DNA of 64,000 nt from Eubacteriales bacterium (GTDB lineage Bacteria; Bacillota; Clostridia; Oscillospirales; CAG-272). The stretch lies in assembly GCA_045612715.1 (NCBI GenBank), contig JAZKZP010000093.1, positions 922 to 64,921 of the forward strand, given 5' to 3'. This document shows positions 56,475-64,000 of this stretch, piece by piece (positions within the stretch are counted from its first letter, which is position 1; the number at the start of each line of letters is the position of its first letter). The translations under genes were made by a program, and so were the position numbers. A model generated the notes under the pieces. It was given only the letters and a program-made list of their open reading frames with translations. It was not told the DNA's origin and did no database searches.

Positions 56475-57878
56475 ATGGACAAGTACAGAAAACTATTATC
56501 TAACACTTTAATATTGTCTGTGGGCACGTTTGCTTCAAAGCTTTTGGTCTATTTTTTGATGCCTCTTTATACGGCAATTTTGTCAACGGAGCAGTACGGC
56601 ACGGCTGACCTTATTACCAATGCAGCGAACTTGCTTATTCCGTTTTGTTGTATAGGAATTACGCACGGAGTTTTTCGCTTCGCTGCAGATGAAGAAGAGA
56701 ACAATAAGGTTGTTTTTTCATCAGGTGCTACAGTGCTTCTACTCTCGAGCGCAGTGTTTCTCTTGCTCTCGCCGTTCATCTCATTTATCCCATATTTTGA
56801 AAGCTACGCATGGCTTATTGCGTTTTATGTTATAAGCTCAAACTTCCATACGCTCGCAAAGGAATATATTAGAGCCAAGGGAATGATGAAGCTTTATGCC
56901 GTTCAAAGCATTCTTGGAACTGCTTTAACGATTGCATTCAATCTTTTGTTCCTTATCCCGATGAAGCTCGGCGTTACAGGATATGTTCTATCCGTAGCAG
57001 TTGCAGATGCAGTTGGAACCGTATTTTTGATAGCTTATGCAAAGCTCTATAAGGATTTCTCATTCAAATTGGTTTCTAAAACCAAGATAAAAGAAATGCT
57101 GAAATATAGCTTGCCAATGATGCCCACCACAGTTATTTGGTGGATAACTAACGTTTCTGATAGATTTATCGTTACAGCCATCTGTGGAAGTGCAGAAAAC
57201 GGACTTTATTCTGCGGCTTATAAGATACCGACTGTAATCGCTCTCGTTGCGGGAGTATTCAACGAAGCTTGGCAGATTTCTGCAATATCAGAGTCAAAGG
57301 ACAGGGAAGAAGTAAGCAAATTCTTTTCCGCAGTTTTCGAGAGATACCAGGCAATTTTGTTCCTTGGATGCTCAATACTCATTCCGTTTACTCCACTTGC
57401 AACAAGGATTTTGCTTAATGACTCATATTTCACAGCGTGGACATTCATGCCGGTACTTTTGTTGGCAACCGTTTTCTCGTCGCTTGTGACCTTTATAGGA
57501 ACTATCTATACAGTAAAAAAGAGAACTACAATGTCGCTCATTACTGCAGCACTTGGTGCAGGACTTAATATAGTTCTGAATTTTATGATGATTCCATCAA
57601 TGGGCGCGCAGGGAGCAGGTATTGCAACCGCTATAAGCTATTTTGTGGTTTTTGCTGTTCGCGCTATTCATTCAAAGAAATTTATGCCCTTTAATCTTAA
57701 AGTATTTAGACTTGTGCTTAATACATTGATAGTAACTGCGCAGATAATTTTTATGGTTTTAAATTTACCTTTCAATATTTTGGCACAAATATTACTCGTT
57801 TTAGCGCTTTGCGCACTTAACGCTAACTCAATAATATCCGCATTGAAAAAAGTGTTGAAAAAATTCATAAAAAATTGA
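56475..57878 (+). CDS. MOP-superfamily polysaccharide/oligosaccharide flippase (Wzx/SpoVB-like)
   Basis: 467 aa with about 12-14 TM helices and an N-terminus (LLSNTLILSVGTFASKLLVYFLMPLYT) typical of polysaccharide biosynthesis flippases. Confidence 0.8.
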   Translation: MDKYRKLLSNTLILSVGTFASKLLVYFLMPLYTAILSTEQYGTADLITNAANLLIPFCCIGITHGVFRFAADEEENNKVVFSSGATVLLLSSAVFLLLSPFISFIPYFESYAWLIAFYVISSNFHTLAKEYIRAKGMMKLYAVQSILGTALTIAFNLLFLIPMKLGVTGYVLSVAVADAVGTVFLIAYAKLYKDFSFKLVSKTKIKEMLKYSLPMMPTTVIWWITNVSDRFIVTAICGSAENGLYSAAYKIPTVIALVAGVFNEAWQISAISESKDREEVSKFFSAVFERYQAILFLGCSILIPFTPLATRILLNDSYFTAWTFMPVLLLATVFSSLVTFIGTIYTVKKRTTMSLITAALGAGLNIVLNFMMIPSMGAQGAGIATAISYFVVFAVRAIHSKKFMPFNLKVFRLVLNTLIVTAQIIFMVLNLPFNILAQILLVLALCALNANSIISALKKVLKKFIKN

Positions 57879-57886
57879 AAAAACAC

Positions 57887-57915
57887 TTGCATTTTAGAAA
57901 AAGATGTGCTATAAT
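57887..57915 (+). promoter_or_regulatory. Sigma-A-type promoter of rplS
   Basis: TTGCAT, 17-nt spacer, TATAAT. Confidence 0.5.
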
Positions 57916-57921
57916 ACACAC

Positions 57922-58009
57922 TGTATGTGTATGTCACATAGATATTATATGGAATAGTCCGCTGCGACGCTCTGCATGAATATTCCGATTTTTAAGGAGG
58001 GCCAAACAA
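57922..58009 (+). promoter_or_regulatory. Possible L19 autoregulatory leader
   Basis: The 5' UTR of about 88 nt has a stem ggaata...tattcc enclosing gtccgctgcgacgctctgcatga, just before the Shine-Dalgarno. Firmicutes rplS genes are known to carry an L19 leader. No covariance test was possible. Confidence 0.3.
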
Positions 58010-58351
58010 ATGGATTTGATCAAGGCTTTTACAAACGAGCAGCTTAAGAAGGAACTCCCCGTGGTTAACGTTGGTGACACAATTCGTGTTCACAACAAGA
58101 TCAAAGAGGGAACACGTGAAAGAGTTCAGCTTTTCGAAGGTACAGTTATCGCTAAACACGGCGGCGGTATCTCTGAAACATTCACAGTAAGAAGAGTAGC
58201 ATATGGTGTAGGTGTTGAAAAGACATTCCCCATCCACTCTCCTAACGTTGAAAAGGTTGACATTATCAGACACGGTAAAGTTAGACGTGCAAAACTCTAC
58301 TATCTTCGTGATAGAGTTGGTAAGGCGTCCAAGGTTAAGGAAAGAATCTAA
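58010..58351 (+). CDS. rplS: 50S ribosomal protein L19
   Basis: [42 protein letters not shown]...[26 protein letters not shown]. Confidence 0.95.
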   Translation: MDLIKAFTNEQLKKELPVVNVGDTIRVHNKIKEGTRERVQLFEGTVIAKHGGGISETFTVRRVAYGVGVEKTFPIHSPNVEKVDIIRHGKVRRAKLYYLRDRVGKASKVKERI

Positions 58352-58370
58352 TTACAACTTAACAAAAAAG

Positions 58371-58401
58371 ATAGAGCATCGTAAGATGCTCTATTTTTTT
58401 A
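58371..58401 (+). terminator. Terminator after rplS
   Basis: Stem atagagcatc/gatgctctat followed by TTTTTTT. Confidence 0.65.
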
Positions 58402-58411
58402 TCTAAAATAC

Positions 58412-58440
58412 TTGAAAAAACTGAAAAAACTTGCTATAAT
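58412..58440 (+). promoter_or_regulatory. Sigma-A-type promoter
   Basis: TTGAAA, 17-nt spacer, TATAAT, upstream of the HTH-membrane gene. Confidence 0.4.
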
Positions 58441-58546
58441 TACAAATGCAACCAAAAGTTGCGCATTTGAAACCTAAAATGTATGGTCAAATGATGACTT
58501 TTTTGATATACTTTTGACATAATCAAAACAAAAAAGGAGAATATCG

Positions 58547-59404
58547 ATGACACTTGAAACAGCTAATAGATTATATGAATTGAGAAAGAAAAATAACCTC
58601 TCACAAGAGGAGCTTGCTGAAAAGCTTGGCGTATCGCGTCAAGCTGTATCAAAATGGGAGAGAAGTGAAGCATCTCCCGATACCGACAATTTGATCGCTC
58701 TTGCTAAAATATACGGACTTTCACTTGATGAGCTTATATACGGAGAGAAGGAAGATAAAGAAAATGAAGAAGAAGCAAAAGAAAAATCCGAAGAATCTTC
58801 TTTCACGGAAAATTCCCAAAACGATGAGGAAACTTATATACATATCGATGACGGCGAAGATAGGGTGAAAATCGGTCATAATGGTATCGTAGTAGAAGAG
58901 AAAAATGGCAATACGGTGAAAATTAACATCAATGGTAAGATAATGGAAAAGGTACTCAAGAAAATTGAAGATAAAATAGACGATACCGAAAATGATGACG
59001 ATGACGATGATGAACTTTATGAAACTGTATATAGCAGCGAAAGAAGCACAGCAAAGGGAAATAAGGTACATATAGAGGTTTCACGTCCCACAAGATTCTG
59101 GCTTGAAGTGCCATATCCTATTATCTGCACGATTGCATATCTTTTGTTCGGATTTTACAACATTTGCGGTGGATGGGCGCTTTCTTGGATAATATTTGTA
59201 ACTATACCCGTTTATTACTCGTTTGTTGAGGCAATATATAAGAGAAGCTTTGCTCACTTTGCCTATCCCGTATTTGCTGCTTGTGTGTATCTATACCTTG
59301 GAATGTATCAAGGCAATTGGCACCCCTCGTGGTTGATTTTTGTAACCATTCCTGTATATTATCCAATAGCTAACGCACTTGATAAGATGATAAAAAGACA
59401 CTGA
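58547..59404 (+). CDS. XRE-family HTH protein with a C-terminal membrane domain
   Basis: N-terminal LSQEELAEKLGVSRQAVSKWERSEASPD, an acidic linker, then two repeats of a TM motif (SWIIFVTIPVYY / SWLIFVTIPVYY). Confidence 0.7.
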   Translation: MTLETANRLYELRKKNNLSQEELAEKLGVSRQAVSKWERSEASPDTDNLIALAKIYGLSLDELIYGEKEDKENEEEAKEKSEESSFTENSQNDEETYIHIDDGEDRVKIGHNGIVVEEKNGNTVKININGKIMEKVLKKIEDKIDDTENDDDDDDELYETVYSSERSTAKGNKVHIEVSRPTRFWLEVPYPIICTIAYLLFGFYNICGGWALSWIIFVTIPVYYSFVEAIYKRSFAHFAYPVFAACVYLYLGMYQGNWHPSWLIFVTIPVYYPIANALDKMIKRH

Positions 59405-59434
59405 TAATGTAAAATAAAATGAATTTTGTTAAAA

Positions 59435-59462
59435 AGCACCGAAAAAGTTCGGTGCTTTTTGT
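59435..59462 (+). terminator. Terminator
   Basis: Stem agcaccgaa/ttcggtgct followed by TTTTT. Confidence 0.6.
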
Positions 59463-59575
59463 TGATTATTTTACTCTTAATTCATAATGAGATGATTGAC
59501 TTTTTTTTATAAAAATGTTATAATACAGGGTGGAAATATATAAATATTTCTTTAATATATGAAAGGAGAAGTATT

Positions 59576-61066
59576 TTGAACAATACAAAGAACAACTTTG
59601 GTTTTACACACAAAAGCGGAATACTTATGCCGGTTAGCTCTTTGCCAGCAAAATATGGCATTGGTGACTTCGGTAAGTGCGCTTTTGACTTTGTTGATTT
59701 TTTAAGCGAAACTGCACAGAAATGTTGGCAGGTGTTGCCGCTTAATCCAACTTCATATGGTGATAGTCCATATCAATCACCTGCGGCTTGTGCAGGCAAT
59801 CCTTATTTTATTGCGCCAGAGCTTCTTTATGAGCAGGGCTTGCTTACAAAGGATGAGCTTGATTCATATGAGCACGAGCAGGGTAAAGTTGATTACGGCT
59901 TCCTCTTTAATACTCGCTATGATATGCTTCGCAAGGCGTATGCAAGATTTACTCCAAATGCTGAATATGATGCTTTTTGTGAAAAAACATCTGCTTGGCT
60001 TGAGGATTATGCACTCTTCATGGCGCTCAAGGTTCATTACAATTATTGTCAGTGGACACTTTGGAGTGATGAACACAAAAATATTGCAACTGCGCGTCAG
60101 CATAAAGGTGAGTTTGAAAGCGAAATTAATTTCTGGAAATGGATTCAGTTTGAATTTATGAGAGAATGGAAGGCGGTAGTTGATTACGCTCATTCAAAAG
60201 AGATCACAATTATAGGGGATATGCCTATTTACGTTGCGCATGATAGCGTTGACGTTTGGAGTGCACCTGAACAGTTCTTGCTTGATAGAAATTATAATCC
60301 CACAATCGTTGCAGGTTGTCCTCCTGATGGATTTTCTGTTGACGGTCAGCTTTGGGGTAACCCCATTTATAACTACGATCTTATGAAGGAACAGGATTAC
60401 GCTTGGTGGGTTAACCGCGCGAGAGCGAATTTTGACCTTTATGATATTATTAGAATTGACCACTTCCGCGGATTTGCAAGCTATTATGCAATTCCCGCAC
60501 ACCACGATACCGCAAGATTCGGTACTTGGGAGATTGGTCCCCGTCTTCCTTTGTTTGAAGCAATAGACAAGGCATTGCCTGATTCTAAAATTATCGCAGA
60601 GGATTTGGGTCTTATTACAGAGGATGTTATTGAGCTTCTTGAACAAACAGGCTTCCCTGGAATGAAGATGCTTCACTTTGCTTTCTACGATGAGGAAAGT
60701 GAATACCTTCCAAGAAACTATCCCAATGCTAACTGTATCGTATATTCTGCATCCCACGATAGCGATTGTACTGCTACTTGGTGTGAAAATCTTGAAGGCG
60801 AAGCGCTTGAAAGATTTGAAGAAGAATGTCCGAGAAGAGAAGACCAAAATCCCATTGAAGCACTCATCGAATTTGCTATGACAAGCCCTGCAAATCTTGC
60901 AATGGTTCCCCTTATGGACTATCTTGAATTGCCTAACAGCATCGGAAGAATTAATACTCCTGCTGTTGCAGAAGGTAACTGGTCATGGCGAGCAGAACCT
61001 GATTATGCTAGCGACGAGATCAAGAAAAAGATTCTTGATGTTACTCTTAGAACGGGTCGTGCTTAA
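59576..61066 (+). CDS. malQ: 4-alpha-glucanotransferase (amylomaltase, GH77)
   Basis: TTG start with an AAAGGAGA Shine-Dalgarno. Motifs: SGILMPVSSLPAKYGIGDFG, WQVLPLNPTSYGDSPYQS, IIGDMPIYV and IRIDHFRGF. Confidence 0.9.
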   Translation: MNNTKNNFGFTHKSGILMPVSSLPAKYGIGDFGKCAFDFVDFLSETAQKCWQVLPLNPTSYGDSPYQSPAACAGNPYFIAPELLYEQGLLTKDELDSYEHEQGKVDYGFLFNTRYDMLRKAYARFTPNAEYDAFCEKTSAWLEDYALFMALKVHYNYCQWTLWSDEHKNIATARQHKGEFESEINFWKWIQFEFMREWKAVVDYAHSKEITIIGDMPIYVAHDSVDVWSAPEQFLLDRNYNPTIVAGCPPDGFSVDGQLWGNPIYNYDLMKEQDYAWWVNRARANFDLYDIIRIDHFRGFASYYAIPAHHDTARFGTWEIGPRLPLFEAIDKALPDSKIIAEDLGLITEDVIELLEQTGFPGMKMLHFAFYDEESEYLPRNYPNANCIVYSASHDSDCTATWCENLEGEALERFEEECPRREDQNPIEALIEFAMTSPANLAMVPLMDYLELPNSIGRINTPAVAEGNWSWRAEPDYASDEIKKKILDVTLRTGRA

Positions 61067-61121
61067 TATTAATGTAAATAACAAAATTTGAAAATAAAAA
61101 ACGAAAGGAATTTGTTTTGTT

Positions 61122-63923
61122 ATGAAAAAATCATTTATCAAACGTTTGTCCCTCGTATTGCTGATTTGTATGTTGTTCAGCATGCTTGGAACATCTTGCT
61201 TTGGTGGAGACGTTGACACTCCTACTGGTGATGTTATCGACCCACCTATTAACCAAGAGGATACTTCCGGAAACGTAGATAACGGCGGTATCATGGGTAC
61301 ATATCAGCCTCCCGAAGGTGAGTATGATATCGAAACTCCCGAAGGCTTCAAAAAACTTACTCTTTATTGGGTATGGGAAGGCAAGACTTGGGAAGATTAT
61401 AAGAACTGCGACATCTGGATCTGGTATGATGACGTAGACGGTAAAGGCTACACATTCACAGAATGTGAATACGGTGTTAAGGTTGTTATAAACGTACCTG
61501 ACACAGTAACAGAAGTTGGTTTTATCGTTCGTAGAATGTGTTCAGAACCCGGTGGAACAAGCTGGGGTACAGCTACAAAAGACGGTGACAATGACCGTTT
61601 TGCAATTCTTACAGGAAAAGAAACATACATTTTCCTTAAAAATGGTGACACAAACCAATACGCTAGTGATGATGGAAAGAAATTAGTTATGATCAAAAAG
61701 TTTAATGTTGCAGGTATGGAAAACTTCCATACAATTATGTACAATATTACTCCCGCTAAGAAGTTTGAAAACTATCAGCAGATTAGCGTTTGGGATGGCG
61801 ACAAGAAACTCACAGTTACAAGAGTTAATATGATGGGTAAGAACTCTAATACAGGTAAGATTACTGTAGCAGAGAAGCTTGAGCTTAACAAAATCTATAC
61901 AGTTAAGATCGAAGGCTTTGAACCCGTTAACGTAGTTCCTATGGGTATTTTCGATTCTCCTGAATTTGGTGAAATGTATAACTACGATGGCAATGATCTT
62001 GGTTCTACAATCAATGCTGATGGAAGCACAACATTTAAGGTATGGGCTCCTACAGCTGCAAAGGTAGTTCTTGACCTTTATGATAAGGGTAATGAAGTTG
62101 ACGAAGAGGGTAACCCCATTCCCGGTTCAGCAAAGGATGCTAAGCAGAATATCGAAATGACACTTGGTGAAAAGGGTGTTTGGACAGCAACTGTTGAAAA
62201 TGCTGGTCACGGAACATACTACACATATACAGTAACAACTGCTGCTGGTACAGAAACAGCAACTGACCCCTACGGTAGATCCGCAGGTCTTAATGGTAAC
62301 AGAACAATGGTAGTTGATCTTGATAAGACTAACCCTGCTGGTTGGGACGATACAAACTTCGATCCTACTAAGGGCGGAACAGTTAATTTTGATAACTACT
62401 CCGATGCATTCATCTGGGAAGTACACGTTCGTGACTTCTCTAATATGCTTGACGCTTCTCAGTATAAGGGCAAGTATCTTGCATTTACAGAGAAAGGTCT
62501 TGTAAACGAGCACGGTATTCCTGTTGGTGTTGACTACCTTGTAAATCTCGGTGTAACACACGTTCACCTTCTTCCTGTTTACGACTATGCAACAGTTAAA
62601 GAAGAAGATCCCGATAGCGGATTTAACTGGGGTTATGACCCTAAGAACTATAACGTTCCCGAAGGAAGTTATAGTACAAATCCCTATGACGGTGAAGTAA
62701 GAGTAAGAGAATATAAGCAGATGGTACAGGCTCTTCATGAAGCAGGTATCGGTGTAATTATGGACGTTGTTTACAACCATACATTCAGTGGTACAGACAG
62801 CTCATTCCATAGAATCGTTCCTTATTACTACTACAGATATAATGCAAACGGTTCCAACTCTAACGCTTCCGGTTGTGGTAACGATACAGCTTCTGAACGT
62901 TACATGTACGGTAAGTTTATGGTTGATAGCGTAAGCTATTGGATTAACGAATATAACCTTGACGGTTTCCGTTTCGACCTTATGGGTCTTCACGACCTTG
63001 AAACAATGAGAGAGGTTGAGGCAGCTGTTCACGCAGTTAACCCCAACGCTATCATCTACGGTGAAGGTTGGACAATGGGTAGCACAATTGATGGTAGTGC
63101 TCAGGCTAACCAGACAAACATCGGTCAGATTCAGCCCACAAACAACGCAATCGGTTCTGTTTCCGTATTTAACGACGCAATCAGAAACGGTCTTAAGGGT
63201 AACAGTGGCTTTGGTACAATTACAAATGGTATCCTTAGCGGCAATGCAAACGCAGATAACTTGAACAAGGTATTGTTCGGTATCATGGGTGGTAACGCAG
63301 GTGGAGCAGGTTGGAGAGTTACAAACGGTATGGTTATCAACTATATGAGTGCTCACGACAACTTGTCACTTTGGGACCAGCTCACATTGACAATGGGTGG
63401 TACTACAACAGCTAAAGCAAAAGCTAACCGTCTCGGTGCAGCAATCCTCTTTGTATCAAAGGGTACACCTTTCGTACAGGCGGGTGAAGAATTCCTTAGA
63501 ACAAAGCCTTACTATGATAAGCAGGGTAACCTTGTTCCTGGCGAATATGACGAAAATAGCTATTCTTCTTGTGATGAAACAAATAACCTTAAGTGGAATA
63601 ATCTTAAGGCAGGCTCTGAAGAATACAAGATGGTTCAGTACTATACAGGTCTTGTTGCTATGAGAAAAGCATATCCTATCTTCTCCGATGTTGCAACAAG
63701 AATTCAGTCCGAATCTCTCGGCACAGCAGGCTATGCTCTTAGATATACACTTGGTGATCAGGAGGCAGTTGTTCTTATCAATGCTTCCGGTTCTTCCGCA
63801 AGCTACAACTTGAGTGGCTCTTGGAAACTTGTAGCTACTGTTGATGAATCTAATATCAACAAAACACATAACGGTGGTTCTGTAAGCGTTCCTGCAGGCG
63901 GCATCCTCGTTTACGTTAAATAA
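61122..63923 (+). CDS. pulA: Type I pullulanase (GH13 with N-terminal CBM-like modules), lipoprotein
   Basis: Lipobox LGTSC. The type I pullulanase signature FNWGYDPKNY is present, along with VIMDVVYNHT, DGFRFDLMG, YGEGW and SAHDN. Confidence 0.88.
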   Translation: MKKSFIKRLSLVLLICMLFSMLGTSCFGGDVDTPTGDVIDPPINQEDTSGNVDNGGIMGTYQPPEGEYDIETPEGFKKLTLYWVWEGKTWEDYKNCDIWIWYDDVDGKGYTFTECEYGVKVVINVPDTVTEVGFIVRRMCSEPGGTSWGTATKDGDNDRFAILTGKETYIFLKNGDTNQYASDDGKKLVMIKKFNVAGMENFHTIMYNITPAKKFENYQQISVWDGDKKLTVTRVNMMGKNSNTGKITVAEKLELNKIYTVKIEGFEPVNVVPMGIFDSPEFGEMYNYDGNDLGSTINADGSTTFKVWAPTAAKVVLDLYDKGNEVDEEGNPIPGSAKDAKQNIEMTLGEKGVWTATVENAGHGTYYTYTVTTAAGTETATDPYGRSAGLNGNRTMVVDLDKTNPAGWDDTNFDPTKGGTVNFDNYSDAFIWEVHVRDFSNMLDASQYKGKYLAFTEKGLVNEHGIPVGVDYLVNLGVTHVHLLPVYDYATVKEEDPDSGFNWGYDPKNYNVPEGSYSTNPYDGEVRVREYKQMVQALHEAGIGVIMDVVYNHTFSGTDSSFHRIVPYYYYRYNANGSNSNASGCGNDTASERYMYGKFMVDSVSYWINEYNLDGFRFDLMGLHDLETMREVEAAVHAVNPNAIIYGEGWTMGSTIDGSAQANQTNIGQIQPTNNAIGSVSVFNDAIRNGLKGNSGFGTITNGILSGNANADNLNKVLFGIMGGNAGGAGWRVTNGMVINYMSAHDNLSLWDQLTLTMGGTTTAKAKANRLGAAILFVSKGTPFVQAGEEFLRTKPYYDKQGNLVPGEYDENSYSSCDETNNLKWNNLKAGSEEYKMVQYYTGLVAMRKAYPIFSDVATRIQSESLGTAGYALRYTLGDQEAVVLINASGSSASYNLSGSWKLVATVDESNINKTHNGGSVSVPAGGILVYVK

Positions 63924-63967
63924 TTGGCCTATTGACTCATATGATAAATGTTAATAAGGAGAATAAT

Positions 63968-64000
63968 ATGAAAAATATAGTAAAAGTATTATCCCTTCTT
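63968..64000 (+). CDS. Start of an unidentified gene (first 11 codons only)
   Basis: AAGGAGA Shine-Dalgarno 6 nt before ATG. MKNIVKVLSLL looks like a signal-peptide start. The window ends here. Confidence 0.3.
   Translation, partial: MKNIVKVLSLL

Overview
The window looks like a low-GC Firmicutes (Clostridia-type) chromosome segment. This is inferred from gene content: glgCD, addAB, yaaT, long HPF and Gram-positive Shine-Dalgarno sites. The flanks are ordinary housekeeping genes. These include holB-yaaT, an alpha-glucan cluster (glgC-glgD-glgA-glgP-GH13, with malQ and a pullulanase at the far end), smpB, typA, addBA, nadE, hpf and rplS. The unusual part is 14261-32741. The tmRNA gene (ssrA, minus strand, 32730-33123) has four copies of its 3' terminus (TGGTGGAC...) spread over 18.5 kb. 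These copies mark a tandem array of three integrated elements. Two are short remnants and one is a visibly more AT-rich 16.3-kb island. The island carries two large serine recombinases and an SCC-like DUF927 helicase module with DUF1643 and DUF3846 genes. Its cargo includes two candidate novel systems. The first is a tightly coupled operon of a radical-SAM enzyme, an orphan protein and a GmrSD-family (DUF262/DUF1524) nuclease; I do not recognise it as a described defence system. The second is a 2-TM/helical-repeat protein coupled to a mini-HTH, bracketed by inverted 30-bp hairpins. Product calls rest on motif recognition by eye. No database search was possible.
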